NCBI GenBank assembly: GCA_963664815.2
Contig: CAXXHB010000003.1
Span: forward strand, 1,888,001 to 1,952,000
DNA: 64,000 nt
Origin: Spirochaetota bacterium
Lineage (GTDB): Bacteria > Spirochaetota > UBA4802 > UBA5550
Reading direction: 5' to 3'
The notes under the pieces are model-generated. The model made no database searches, was not told where the DNA came from, and worked only from the letters and a program-made list of their open reading frames with translations. A program made the translations under genes and the position numbers. This document shows, in pieces, positions 11,113-21,461 of the stretch. Every line of letters begins with the position of its first letter. The stretch's first letter is position 1.

Positions 11113-11552
11113 TGCATAGATATTTTATAATTATTATTTTTATTGCTTTATATTTTACGAGTTGCACAACTACCGGAAAGAGTAAAATTGTTAAACCGGA
11201 GTCAGGAAATAATTTTTATATTTCTATTAATGATTCAGATATAGAAAATCCTGAAAATGACAGAAGATGTTATTATATGATTTATATTGATAAAGCTGAA
11301 TCAGGAAGAACTTCAATTGGACTTGAATCTCAGGAAAAAGACTTTAATTTGCTTTTATCAAAAAACAGACATCTTATAAAAATAGAAAAATGGGTATTAA
11401 ATGAAAACCTGGGACGTTATGTAAAACTCAATAATATTGAACAACCTAAACCTGATTTTATTTATATTAATATTGAAAATAATAAAATTGTAAAACTTAA
11501 GGTTAAATCTTCAAAAGAAGGCATAGCTACATATAGTATGATAGCGGAATAA
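11112..11552 (+). CDS. Hypothetical lipoprotein
   Basis: Lipobox FTSC; start overlaps the upstream stop codon. Confidence 0.65.
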   Translation: MHRYFIIIIFIALYFTSCTTTGKSKIVKPESGNNFYISINDSDIENPENDRRCYYMIYIDKAESGRTSIGLESQEKDFNLLLSKNRHLIKIEKWVLNENLGRYVKLNNIEQPKPDFIYINIENNKIVKLKVKSSKEGIATYSMIAE

Positions 11553-11578
11553 AAAATGTAAAATTTTTATATTCCGCT
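11543..11578. terminator. Hairpin between convergent genes (probable bidirectional terminator)
   Basis: Inverted repeat AGCGGAATA...TATTCCGCT with inner AAAAAT/ATTTTT pairing. Confidence 0.55.
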
Positions 11579-11589
11579 GATCCTGAAAA

Positions 11590-12591
11590 TCAGTTTTTTG
11601 CCAGTGAACTGTTTTTAGAGTAGAAGTTCTTTACTACCTGGAAAGGTACATCGTAATCCTGTCTGGCATTCCATAAGAGATATCCTTTTATACCTGATTC
11701 ATGTGCTGCCCGGAGCTGATCTGATATATATTTATCATAAGGGATATCGTATAGTTTCATTCTGAAAGCCTGTATCCATGAAACAATCTGGGCATTTTTA
11801 ACACGGGCTTTTGCTCTTTTTGATGTCTGTAATACGGTAAAATACGGATCCTTCATTAATTTTTTACTCCATGTATAATGAGAAGGATAAGCCATGGGGC
11901 ATATTATATCTACAACTTTATCAAGACTTTCCATTTTTTGACCTATAATATCATCATCATTTAACGGTATTCGTCCGAAAATATCGGCAGCAATACGGAC
12001 ATTGTATTTTTTTAAATGCTCCCTTGATCGTGATAAAAAGCTTTCAATAAATGCATAACGTTGTTGTATTTTCAATTGTTTATTTTTGTTTGAATCATTA
12101 AACCTGATATAATCAAACTGTATTTCCCTGAATCCGTTTATGCATGCACTTTCGGCAATATTTAGTTTGTCGTTAATATACTCTTCAGACACCGGCCAGT
12201 TTTTTAAACCATCCGGGAATATAACTATTCTGGCAATCGGGTGAATCCCGTTATCTTTGCAGTATTGTACATTTTCAGGTGGAACTATACATTTTCCATA
12301 TTTACCATTTTGAACATCAAGTACAAACGTATTAATATTTGCTGCCTTTGCTCTGGTTGTGAACTCTTTAAGTTTCTGCATGCTATTTGCTGATGTAACT
12401 GTTAAATAAATTCCCCTGTAAAATTCCGGATATTTATAAACTTCACTGTTTGCTTCAGGTGTTCCCGTACCTTTTATAAGAGTTGATTTATTATCCTTTT
12501 TTATATTTTCAGCATTTATATAATTAATTGTAATTGTACCTGCAGTAAACAATACAACTACAGCTGAAAAGATAATTAAAACTTTTTTCAT
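11590..12591 (-). CDS. Putative glycoside hydrolase (DUF4015-like TIM barrel)
   Basis: N-terminal anchor and RGIYLT, IARIVIF, GFREIQFDYIRF, ADIFG, IGQ, PMAYPSHY, WIQAF and WNA motifs. Confidence 0.75.
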   Translation of the reverse strand: MKKVLIIFSAVVVLFTAGTITINYINAENIKKDNKSTLIKGTGTPEANSEVYKYPEFYRGIYLTVTSANSMQKLKEFTTRAKAANINTFVLDVQNGKYGKCIVPPENVQYCKDNGIHPIARIVIFPDGLKNWPVSEEYINDKLNIAESACINGFREIQFDYIRFNDSNKNKQLKIQQRYAFIESFLSRSREHLKKYNVRIAADIFGRIPLNDDDIIGQKMESLDKVVDIICPMAYPSHYTWSKKLMKDPYFTVLQTSKRAKARVKNAQIVSWIQAFRMKLYDIPYDKYISDQLRAAHESGIKGYLLWNARQDYDVPFQVVKNFYSKNSSLAKN

Positions 12592-12903
12592 ATTGGCCTC
12601 AAATTAATCTTGTTTATTGATTTATCGTCATTTACTGGATAACATAGTTTAAAATTTATTGTTGTTTTGTCAAAATTTATTTACTGAATTGTTGACAGTT
12701 AAGTTAATGATGTGTTAATTATTTTATTACATCCATTTAACATTCAGTATATCCAGATTAAATAACATGATAATTTAAGTGTTACTTACCGGTTATTACA
12801 TTTAATTTATGTCTGAAGTGAATATAGTTATCATTTTTTGTATAATAGAGCATTTTCGTTGCATAAATGATTATATTTAAATTTTTGTTCATGGTAAAAT
12901 AAA

Positions 12904-14700
12904 TTGTATCTCGAAAAAGAAATAATTGAAAAGATCAGGATGAGCGTAAGGCTTGAGGATATTGCTTCCAGATATGTTCCTTCTCTTAAAAAAAAAGGTA
13001 AAAATTATACCGGGCTGTGCCCGTTTCATAAGGAAAAGACACCATCATTTTCTATTGCACCAGATAAGCAGATTTTTCAATGTTTCGGATGTAATACCGG
13101 TGGAAATGTTTTTACATTCATTTCAAAAATAGAAAACCTTGGGTTCATTGAGAGTGTTAAACGAGTTGCAGATATAGCTGGTATTGATTTAAACAATGAT
13201 GATTCATCTTCTGTCAATATACTATCAATCAGAAGAATAAATAAATATACTATGAGTTTCTATCAGGCTTATATGTATTCATCAGATGGTGCAGAGGGAA
13301 AAAAATATCTTATAAACAGAGGTGTGTCTGAAGATGCTATAAGCACATTTAAACTCGGGTTCTCGCCCGATTCTTGGGACAGATTGAGTGTAAATTTAAA
13401 AAAGAATAAAGCTGATCTCGATCTGGCCGAGAAGATCGGATTAATAGGTAAATCACAGAAGTACCAGGGAAGATATTTTGATAAATTCAGAAACAGGGTT
13501 ATCTTTCCTATTTTTGACAGAAGTAATAATGTTATTGCATTTGGCGGACGTTCTATTTCAAAAGAAAATCAACCAAAGTATTTAAACTCTCCCGAATCAG
13601 AGATTTATCAGAAACGAAATATTTTATATGGGCTGAATTTTGCCCAGAATGATATTAAAGAACTGGACAGGGCAATTATAGTTGAAGGTTATCTTGATGT
13701 AATTGGCTGTCATCAGAATGGAATTAAAAATGTTGTTGCACCCCTTGGTACTGCACTTACTGAGAATCATATTAAGATCTTGTCGCAGTTATGTAATGAA
13801 ATAATTATGCTTTTTGATTCAGATTCGGCAGGAATAAATGCTGCGTTGAAATCAATTGATACGTCAAAGCTTTTTAATGTGGAAATTAAAATTGCTATAT
13901 TGCCTCAGGATGACCCTTTTGACTATGTTGTAAAAAAAGGTGTCAGGGAGTTGATGGCCATTATAGATACAGCTGAAAAACCTGTTGATTTTAAAATTCG
14001 TAATGTTCTCGCCAGAAACAAAGGAAAGGATAATGTGAGTTTTCTTGGTGATCTCTTCGAAATCATTAAAAACATTTCATATCCTGCAGAATCAACAAAA
14101 TCTATTGAAGCAGAGAAAAGCTTTTATCTTACAAAACTCAGTCAGTTGCTTAAAATAGATGAAGAAGCAATAAGGTCTGACTATAAACGATATTCCACAG
14201 GTAATAAAATTGAAATAAATACAAAGAAGAGCAGTTCAGATATTTTACAGTATCAAACCAGAGCTTATAGGGATCTGATACACTTAATTATACATTATCC
14301 GGAGATAACCGGTGATGTATTAATAGATTTCTCACATGAAGAAATAGATGATCCTGTATCAAAAAATATTTTTTCAGTAATCGCTAAATTATATAACTCA
14401 GAAAATGAATTTCGTGTAGATAAAATATTTGACTTTTTCTCCAAAGGATTAGAAATGGATTTTTTGAATAGTACAATTCAAAAAGATGCATCAGTAGAAG
14501 ATCCAAAAGCCGCATATACAGAAATTTATGTTAACTTAAAATTGCACAACATCGATAAAAAAATAACAGAATATGTTGAAAAGGTAAAAAATTCCGGCAA
14601 TAACCAACTGGAGTATCTTGCTGAAATTGAAATTTTAAGGCGTGAAAAAGAAAAACTCTCAAATTACATTTTTAACAGGGGAACTCTTAAAACGTTTTAA
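12904..14700 (+). CDS. dnaG: DNA primase
   Basis: CPFH-EKTPSF...CFGC zinc finger, FRNRVIFPI, KYLNSPE, and TOPRIM motifs VEGYLDV and FDSDSAG. TTG start. Confidence 0.97.
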   Translation: MYLEKEIIEKIRMSVRLEDIASRYVPSLKKKGKNYTGLCPFHKEKTPSFSIAPDKQIFQCFGCNTGGNVFTFISKIENLGFIESVKRVADIAGIDLNNDDSSSVNILSIRRINKYTMSFYQAYMYSSDGAEGKKYLINRGVSEDAISTFKLGFSPDSWDRLSVNLKKNKADLDLAEKIGLIGKSQKYQGRYFDKFRNRVIFPIFDRSNNVIAFGGRSISKENQPKYLNSPESEIYQKRNILYGLNFAQNDIKELDRAIIVEGYLDVIGCHQNGIKNVVAPLGTALTENHIKILSQLCNEIIMLFDSDSAGINAALKSIDTSKLFNVEIKIAILPQDDPFDYVVKKGVRELMAIIDTAEKPVDFKIRNVLARNKGKDNVSFLGDLFEIIKNISYPAESTKSIEAEKSFYLTKLSQLLKIDEEAIRSDYKRYSTGNKIEINTKKSSSDILQYQTRAYRDLIHLIIHYPEITGDVLIDFSHEEIDDPVSKNIFSVIAKLYNSENEFRVDKIFDFFSKGLEMDFLNSTIQKDASVEDPKAAYTEIYVNLKLHNIDKKITEYVEKVKNSGNNQLEYLAEIEILRREKEKLSNYIFNRGTLKTF

Positions 14701-14760
14701 TTAATGTAAATACGTATTAAGAAACGATCAAAATCTTATATAACAGGTTAAATACAGAAT

Positions 14761-16527
14761 ATGAGCAAAAATGATCTGGTAATTGAAAACATTGTCGAAG
14801 TAAAAAAATTAATAGAAATCGGCAAAGCCAATAATGAAGTTACTTATGATGAGATTAATGAAATTCTTCCTGATAAACTTTTAAATTCAGAAAAAATTGA
14901 TGATATTTTTATTCTTTTAAACCAGATGGGGATTGAGGTTGTAGAAGAATCTACAAAAAAAACATCCCCCGAAGTAACTACAAAAAAGAAAACAGCACCT
15001 GCAAGGAAGACTTCATATGCTGCTGAAGATACTTCCCATGTCGACGATCCGATCAGACTATATCTGAAAGAAATCGGGCGGGTATCCCTGTTATCTGGCG
15101 AGCAGGAAGTGGATCTTGCAAAAAGAATTGAAGAGGGTGAAATTCTTATAGAAAAGGCAGTTATTACGTCCACTTTGTTAACAAATGAATTAATTAAAAA
15201 TCATTCAAAAGTTACCAGCGGTAAGATAAAGCTTACTGAAATTTTAAGAATTAACAGGTTATATTATTTCTCATCAATTGATATGGCCGGTCTCGATACC
15301 AAGTATAATGAAAAAATGAAAGTAATAATCGATGAAGATTCAAAGATTATTAAATTGCAAAATAAAATAAAAAGATATGAAGAAGATTCACCTGAATCAC
15401 AAAAAATTAAAGATGATATTTTAAAATCTAAAGAAAAAATAAGACAGGCTGTTGAGGAACTTGAGATTAGTGAAGATGAAATAAGTAAATTATCGCACAA
15501 AATCCAGTCAATGGTTAAGCGGATAGATGAGACATACAAGTTTTTTAAAGAGATTGAACAGATATATAGCAAAGATATAAAGGAATTAAAACATTTTGCA
15601 AGAAAAGTTGAAAAAGATGAAGATATTGATCTGATCATAAAAGAATTGAATCTGAAGAATAAAGATGAATTACTTGAAATTGTAAAGGATGTAAGAAACA
15701 ATGAGAGAAAAATAAGACGCATTGAACAGGAGGCTGGTGCTGATGCGGATGATATTCTTGAATGGGGGAAGCAGATTACATATGGACAGCGTAAAATACA
15801 AAGAGCAAAAAAAGAATTGATAAATGCAAACCTAAGGCTGGTAGTTTCAATTGCAAAAAAATATGCAAACAGAGGGATGCACTTTTTTGATCTGATTCAG
15901 GAAGGTAATATAGGTCTTATAAAAGCAGTTGATAAATTTGAATATAGAAAGGGTTACAAGTTTTCAACATATGCCACATGGTGGATTCGACAGGCAATAA
16001 CACGCGCAATTTCAGACCAGGCAAGAACAATTCGTGTTCCGGTGCACATGATTGAACAGATTAACAAGGTAATGAGAGAAACAAGATTATTTCAGCAGGA
16101 ATTCGGAAGGGAGCCAAATCCTGAAGAGTTAGCTGATCGTCTTGGTTGGCCGATTTCAAAAGTTAAAGCTGTTAAGAATGTAGCACGTGAACCGATTTCG
16201 CTTGAAACTCCTGTTGGAGAAGAGGAGGATTCACTGCTTGGAGATTTTATCCAGGATAAAGATGTTGATTCACCGGCTAACACAGCTGCCCATAGATTAC
16301 TTAATGAGCAGATAGTTTCTGTTCTCAATACACTTCCGGCAAGAGAACAGAAAGTAATCAGGATGAGATTCGGTCTGGATGACGGATATTCTCATACACT
16401 TGAAGAAGTTGGATATGTATTCAAAGTTACGAGAGAAAGAATAAGGCAGATAGAAGCCAAAGCGCTAAGAAGGTTAAGGCATCCCACCAGAGCAAGGAAA
16501 CTGAAAGATTATCTGGATTATATGTAA
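14761..16527 (+). CDS. rpoD: Primary RNA polymerase sigma factor
   Basis: Region 1.2 [11 protein letters not shown], region 2 [28 protein letters not shown], region 4 [15 protein letters not shown]. Confidence 0.98.
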   Translation: MSKNDLVIENIVEVKKLIEIGKANNEVTYDEINEILPDKLLNSEKIDDIFILLNQMGIEVVEESTKKTSPEVTTKKKTAPARKTSYAAEDTSHVDDPIRLYLKEIGRVSLLSGEQEVDLAKRIEEGEILIEKAVITSTLLTNELIKNHSKVTSGKIKLTEILRINRLYYFSSIDMAGLDTKYNEKMKVIIDEDSKIIKLQNKIKRYEEDSPESQKIKDDILKSKEKIRQAVEELEISEDEISKLSHKIQSMVKRIDETYKFFKEIEQIYSKDIKELKHFARKVEKDEDIDLIIKELNLKNKDELLEIVKDVRNNERKIRRIEQEAGADADDILEWGKQITYGQRKIQRAKKELINANLRLVVSIAKKYANRGMHFFDLIQEGNIGLIKAVDKFEYRKGYKFSTYATWWIRQAITRAISDQARTIRVPVHMIEQINKVMRETRLFQQEFGREPNPEELADRLGWPISKVKAVKNVAREPISLETPVGEEEDSLLGDFIQDKDVDSPANTAAHRLLNEQIVSVLNTLPAREQKVIRMRFGLDDGYSHTLEEVGYVFKVTRERIRQIEAKALRRLRHPTRARKLKDYLDYM

Positions 16528-16532
16528 TTATT

Positions 16533-16569
16533 AAAAAGGAAGCAGTCATTTGATTACAGCTTCCTTTTT
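16533..16569 (+). terminator. Rho-independent terminator after rpoD
   Basis: AAAAAGGAAGC...GCTTCCTTTTT inverted repeat with T-tract directly after the stop. Confidence 0.8.
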
Positions 16570-16627
16570 AATTTATTCATATAAACAACTAAGTAAATAA
16601 TTATATGGAATCCAGGAAGTTTAAAAA

Positions 16628-18973
16628 ATGCCAGAATTATCCAATAAGACTAAGCAGATAACAATTGTTGGTGCCGGATCCTGGGGGACATCAATTGGTA
16701 AAGTTATTGCCGAGAATAATCCTGGTACGATAGTAAAAATGTGGTCGTATGAAAAATCAACTGCTAATTCAATTAATATTAAAAATCAGAATAGCGAATT
16801 TCTTCCCGGGATAAAACTACCATATAATATAAAAGCAACAACGCATTTACGCGAGTCACTACTTAACACTGATGGTGTAATAATCGCCACTCCTTCAAAA
16901 GTGACACCAGACACAATAGTGAAAATATCAAAAATTTTAAAAGATGATATACCTTTAGCTTATCTCACAAAGGGATTTTGCAGAATCAATGATGATATAT
17001 TGACTATATCACAGACAATTTCAAGATTATTTCCGGAATATATGGATAGAGTGGTCTGTATATCCGGTCCAAGTCATGCTGAAGAAGTGGTAAAATATTT
17101 TCATACTACATTATGTGTTGCAGGTAAACTGGAAAGGGATAGAGAATTCTTTTCAGAATTGCTGAATTGTTATTATCTTCAATGCAGAAAAACAGAAGAT
17201 ATAATTGGAGTTGAACTGGGTGGTACTCTGAAAAATCCTGCTGCAATTGCTGCAGGAATGATAAATAAACTTCCGGGATGCGGAGATAATCTTGAAGGGG
17301 CACTGATCGCTGAATCATTAAAAGAGATGATCAGACTGGGGAAGTTTTTAGGAGCAAAAACCGAAACGATTATTGATATTTCAGGAACTGGAGACCTGGT
17401 TGCAACAGCTTTAAGTGATCATAGCAGAAACAGGAGATTCGGAAAAGAAATTGCAAAACAGATACTGGAAAAAGGTCAAATTCTTACTTTTACAGATAAG
17501 ATTTATCTGCGTTTTAAACCTGAATATGTTCTTGAAAAAATGAGTAAAAAGTTCCATTACCTGGCAGAAGGCGCATACGCTATTGAACCTCTGATTGAAC
17601 TTGCTGATAGAAATAATATTTCAATACCTGTTTATAGATCACTTTATGAAGTTTTATTAAATAAAAAAGAACCATCTCTTCTGATTAACACAATAAAAAA
17701 TCCTGATAAATTTGATGAAATATATAACAATGCCAAAATTCATGTGAAAGATAAGAAAAAGGGCCTTGAAAAACTCAGAGGAAAAGCTTTTAAAAAAATA
17801 ATATTAAACCAATTAATGACTAAGCTGAAAAAAGATGATTCTGCACAGGGTGATTTAAGAGAGATTGTAATAAATAATTTTAAAAGTATTCTTGATGAAA
17901 ATAAAATTAAAAATGTTTATCTGCTAAAAAATGAGATCAAACTGATTTCAGAATTTACCCAGAAAAATAATGATAAGGTTTTAAAGAAATTAATAAAAAT
18001 CTATCTGAAAGAAACCATGGATAATTATAATCCGATTGCCTATAGACTTTTTATCAAATTATTAAGCTTCAGGTTTTACTGGAAAAAAATTACAGGAAAG
18101 AGTAATCGAATTACTATAACCGGTGATCTTGATAATCTCCATAGTTTAAGAAATAATGTAAATACTATTTATACCGCCAGGTATAAAAACCTGAACGATT
18201 TTATTTACTATTCTTACAGTATCAATAAATACACCCTCCCTGTCCCAAGATTTTATGTACCATCAGAAATTATCAATTCAATATTCATGAAGCATGCTTT
18301 AAGAAATTGTGGAGGATTTATAATTCACCAATCTAAGTTAAATAATATGCTTTATCTTGAATGTATTATGGAATATCTTTCAATATTAACAGCCCACGGT
18401 GTACCTTTTTTATATTTTCCTGAACTGCAGGATCTGGAATCTGAATTTAATACTCAAAATAAAAAATTTTTCAGTATGCTGAATAAAGTGATGTTTAAAG
18501 AAAATACTGAAGTTGTTCTAATTCCTTCAGAAATATCATATAAAAATAAGCTTGATGAATCTGAAGTTAAAGAACCGTTTACTGAACCTGTAAATATTAA
18601 TTTTTCCTCACCTGTTTTTCTTTCAGATTATACCAGTAAGTCTAATCTGCAAATCTCAATTTCTGAATTAATACATAAGATCTGGACATTTGATGAAATT
18701 ATACATCCTTACCATATTATTTGTGGAATATTGACTGAAAATAATTTTATAATAAAATCATCAAGATTGAAGAAAACAATAAGTAAATATATTAATGATA
18801 ATAGAATAATAATGAGTAAATCCGATAAAGCCATAATGAATGACGGTTTAAAATTTCTGCAAAAAAACTCAATTATAATTAAAAATAACGATGTCTATAT
18901 CGGACTAAAGCATGATATTATAAAAAAATATGCGGAAATAATTACAATAAAAAATACAATAAAGTTTACATGA
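16628..18973 (+). CDS. gpsA: NAD(P)H-dependent glycerol-3-phosphate dehydrogenase fused to a C-terminal PlsB-like (degenerate acyltransferase) domain
   Basis: The N-terminal ~360 aa carry GAGSWG, TKG, SGPSHA, ELGGTLKN, GTGDL and SRNRRFG. The C-terminal half resembles PlsB (P.P....., RNCGGFII, LY...EYL, YFPE, PSEISY). Confidence 0.85.
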   Translation: MPELSNKTKQITIVGAGSWGTSIGKVIAENNPGTIVKMWSYEKSTANSINIKNQNSEFLPGIKLPYNIKATTHLRESLLNTDGVIIATPSKVTPDTIVKISKILKDDIPLAYLTKGFCRINDDILTISQTISRLFPEYMDRVVCISGPSHAEEVVKYFHTTLCVAGKLERDREFFSELLNCYYLQCRKTEDIIGVELGGTLKNPAAIAAGMINKLPGCGDNLEGALIAESLKEMIRLGKFLGAKTETIIDISGTGDLVATALSDHSRNRRFGKEIAKQILEKGQILTFTDKIYLRFKPEYVLEKMSKKFHYLAEGAYAIEPLIELADRNNISIPVYRSLYEVLLNKKEPSLLINTIKNPDKFDEIYNNAKIHVKDKKKGLEKLRGKAFKKIILNQLMTKLKKDDSAQGDLREIVINNFKSILDENKIKNVYLLKNEIKLISEFTQKNNDKVLKKLIKIYLKETMDNYNPIAYRLFIKLLSFRFYWKKITGKSNRITITGDLDNLHSLRNNVNTIYTARYKNLNDFIYYSYSINKYTLPVPRFYVPSEIINSIFMKHALRNCGGFIIHQSKLNNMLYLECIMEYLSILTAHGVPFLYFPELQDLESEFNTQNKKFFSMLNKVMFKENTEVVLIPSEISYKNKLDESEVKEPFTEPVNINFSSPVFLSDYTSKSNLQISISELIHKIWTFDEIIHPYHIICGILTENNFIIKSSRLKKTISKYINDNRIIMSKSDKAIMNDGLKFLQKNSIIIKNNDVYIGLKHDIIKKYAEIITIKNTIKFT

Positions 18974-18995
18974 TTAAGATTATATTTAAAAACAT

Positions 18996-19913
18996 CTATG
19001 AGTTATTTATTAAATAAAGTTTTTCGAAAATATCATAAATTGACTGTTCGGCTTCAAGGTTAATCTTCAAACATTGATATTGCAATATTATTCCTTTAAA
19101 ATTGAAATCTATTGTTTTAAGTTTATCCGGAACGGTGTTATTAATTTCATGTGAAATACCAGATTTTGACAATATCAGGTATCTTGACAGTGATAATCTG
19201 AATATCTGTGAGTTGTTTTCAAATGTTTCATTTAATTTTTTATATATTGTATCTGAGAGTTCAATTATTATTTCCAGACCGGTTTTTAAAAAGAAATCAT
19301 ATATGTTTTCAAATTTAAACAGATAACATTCTAAACCGTTGGAAATATTTTCTGAAAAAAAGCTAAATAATCCGGTTTCTGTTTCTTCAAATAAATCGTT
19401 AAAAACTGAATCATGGGATTTATCAGTACATCTGATTATCTCCATAATAATATCCGCAAGCATGTGAAATTTACTTGGTTTATATAATTCTGATTCTGTA
19501 ATAGTCAAAATTATATAAGTACTATTTTGAATTTCCATGGATTCATATAGTAATCTGAATTTATCACTATTGATTTTTATTTTTTCAATATCTTTATAAA
19601 AACTTCTGTCACTTTCAATTAAATAATTAAATTCTTTATAGATGTTTTCATCACCAGCATATTCTATTACTTCTATATTATCAGATTTATTTACAAACAA
19701 TACAGTAAAATCAGAAAAATTATTAACGTTGAAGGTGATCAGAAAGCTTTTAATTATATTGTGACTTTCACAAGTTTTCAATATTTTTGAGTTGTAATGT
19801 ATTGCTTCAATTTTCTGCAATAATAATTCGGGTTTATCCAGGTTTGTATTATCATCCAGGATAGCATTTTTCATTTCAATAAGTTCAGCAAGTAATTCTT
19901 CTCTTGTAGTCAT
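18996..19913 (-). CDS. Hypothetical protein with a degenerate GGDEF-like C-terminal domain
   Basis: The C-terminal YLFKFENIYDFFLKTGLE...QIFRLSLSRYLIL follows the GGDEF-fold pattern but lacks the signature. Confidence 0.5.
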   Translation of the reverse strand: MTTREELLAELIEMKNAILDDNTNLDKPELLLQKIEAIHYNSKILKTCESHNIIKSFLITFNVNNFSDFTVLFVNKSDNIEVIEYAGDENIYKEFNYLIESDRSFYKDIEKIKINSDKFRLLYESMEIQNSTYIILTITESELYKPSKFHMLADIIMEIIRCTDKSHDSVFNDLFEETETGLFSFFSENISNGLECYLFKFENIYDFFLKTGLEIIIELSDTIYKKLNETFENNSQIFRLSLSRYLILSKSGISHEINNTVPDKLKTIDFNFKGIILQYQCLKINLEAEQSIYDIFEKLYLINNS

Positions 19914-19916
19914 AAT

Positions 19917-21194
19917 TTATCCTGAAGATCCATTTTTATTATTAAATTGTTTAACAATATTAATCGCTGAATTGTAAATTCTAAATGTGCCTGTGAAAAT
20001 AATCATTGTATCATTAGTAGTTTTTTTTAAAATATCAATGATAATATTATCATTATTTACTAATAATGCAAATTCTCCACTCTCGGGAATATAGGCTCTT
20101 TCATCATTGAGAAGATAAAATATAGTTTTTTTATTTTTAAAAAGATTGAGTGTACTACTGTCTGCCTTATCTCTCATCATTGATATTATATACGTTTTAC
20201 TTTTTTCTGAGTAAAATTCATCCAGACCATCTATAAGATTCTTTATAGCATTAAAATTATGAGCCGGATCATAAACAATCAGCGGATTTAAATTAAGAGT
20301 CTGGAATCTTCCCGGTACACTCAATATTTCCAGTTCATTGTAAATTATATCGTCTGCAATACCAGGGAAACCATTTTGTTTCAGAAATGATAATGAAGCC
20401 AATACTACAGATGTATTTTTTATCTGATGAATAGGAAAAAGCTTAAGCTTAATATCGTAGAGACTATATTCTTCTGATTTATAATTAAAAATAAAATGAT
20501 TATTCTCCCATCGTATAGATTGTGCTGAAAAGTTTATATTGTATGCATATAGTCTGGATTTTTTTTCTTTTATATGATTTTTTATAATATTTAAAACTTC
20601 AGAATCAATGTTGGAAGTAATTACAGGTATACCTTTTTTGATTATACCACATTTTTCATTTGTAATATCTTCAATAGAATTACCAAGGACATTCGTATGA
20701 TCAATTGAAATGTCTGTTAATATTGATAATTCCGGTGTTATTATATTTGTAGAATCCAGTCTTCCACCAAGACCTGTTTCAATTACTGCAATATCAACAT
20801 TCTCATCATTAAAATAATTTAATGCTACTGCTGTCAATATATCAAAATATGTTGGCATTAGTTTATATTCTTCAACAACAGAATCGATAAAACTTATATG
20901 TTTTAATAGTAACGAATCGGTAATATCTATCAGATTTATCTTAATTCTTTCATTAATTTTAATCAGATGAGGTGAAGTGTATAGTCCGGTTTTATACCCA
21001 GATTTTTTTAAAATTGATGAGAGCATAAAAGCAGTAGACCCTTTACCATTTGTTCCTGCAATATGTATTGTTTTAAATTTTTTATGAGGATTCTGAAGAT
21101 AATGTAATAATTCAGATACATCTCTTAGTGTATAATTGGAAATATTTCCTGTTTTTTCATTATTCAGATATTTTTTTAGTATTTCATTAATCAT
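19917..21194 (-). CDS. folC: Folylpolyglutamate synthase / dihydrofolate synthase
   Basis: IHIAGTNGKGST, YTSPHL, ETGLGGRLDSTN, DHT, PGRFQ and DPAHN motifs. Confidence 0.95.
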   Translation of the reverse strand: MINEILKKYLNNEKTGNISNYTLRDVSELLHYLQNPHKKFKTIHIAGTNGKGSTAFMLSSILKKSGYKTGLYTSPHLIKINERIKINLIDITDSLLLKHISFIDSVVEEYKLMPTYFDILTAVALNYFNDENVDIAVIETGLGGRLDSTNIITPELSILTDISIDHTNVLGNSIEDITNEKCGIIKKGIPVITSNIDSEVLNIIKNHIKEKKSRLYAYNINFSAQSIRWENNHFIFNYKSEEYSLYDIKLKLFPIHQIKNTSVVLASLSFLKQNGFPGIADDIIYNELEILSVPGRFQTLNLNPLIVYDPAHNFNAIKNLIDGLDEFYSEKSKTYIISMMRDKADSSTLNLFKNKKTIFYLLNDERAYIPESGEFALLVNNDNIIIDILKKTTNDTMIIFTGTFRIYNSAINIVKQFNNKNGSSG

Positions 21195-21461
21195 AATATT
21201 TTAAATATTTATTGAATTTTAAATTATCTATATTTACTGAGTATTTATGAAATATTAATATTAGAAATTTTATTGTTATATTATTTATTTAACAGTAATG
21301 ATTCCTGAATTTTTAATAAAGAATTTTATTCTCTCGTACAAATTCCGTACCGGAAGATATAATAGTTTATTTAGTACTGAAATATACTTTAAAGAATTAA
21401 CATTGTTTATTTAAACAATAATTACCGAAAGGATATTATTTATTAATAACGGAGATTGTAA

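Noticed and set aside
12592-12903. rpsU or an ncRNA upstream of dnaG
   Set aside because: No ORF or stable structure seen; it looks like a divergent promoter region (TTGACA at 12692, TATAAT at 12841).
21298-21414. 38-codon ORF (MIPEFLIK...) in the folC/DAGK divergent spacer
   Set aside because: No RBS or motif; expected by chance in an AT-rich promoter region.
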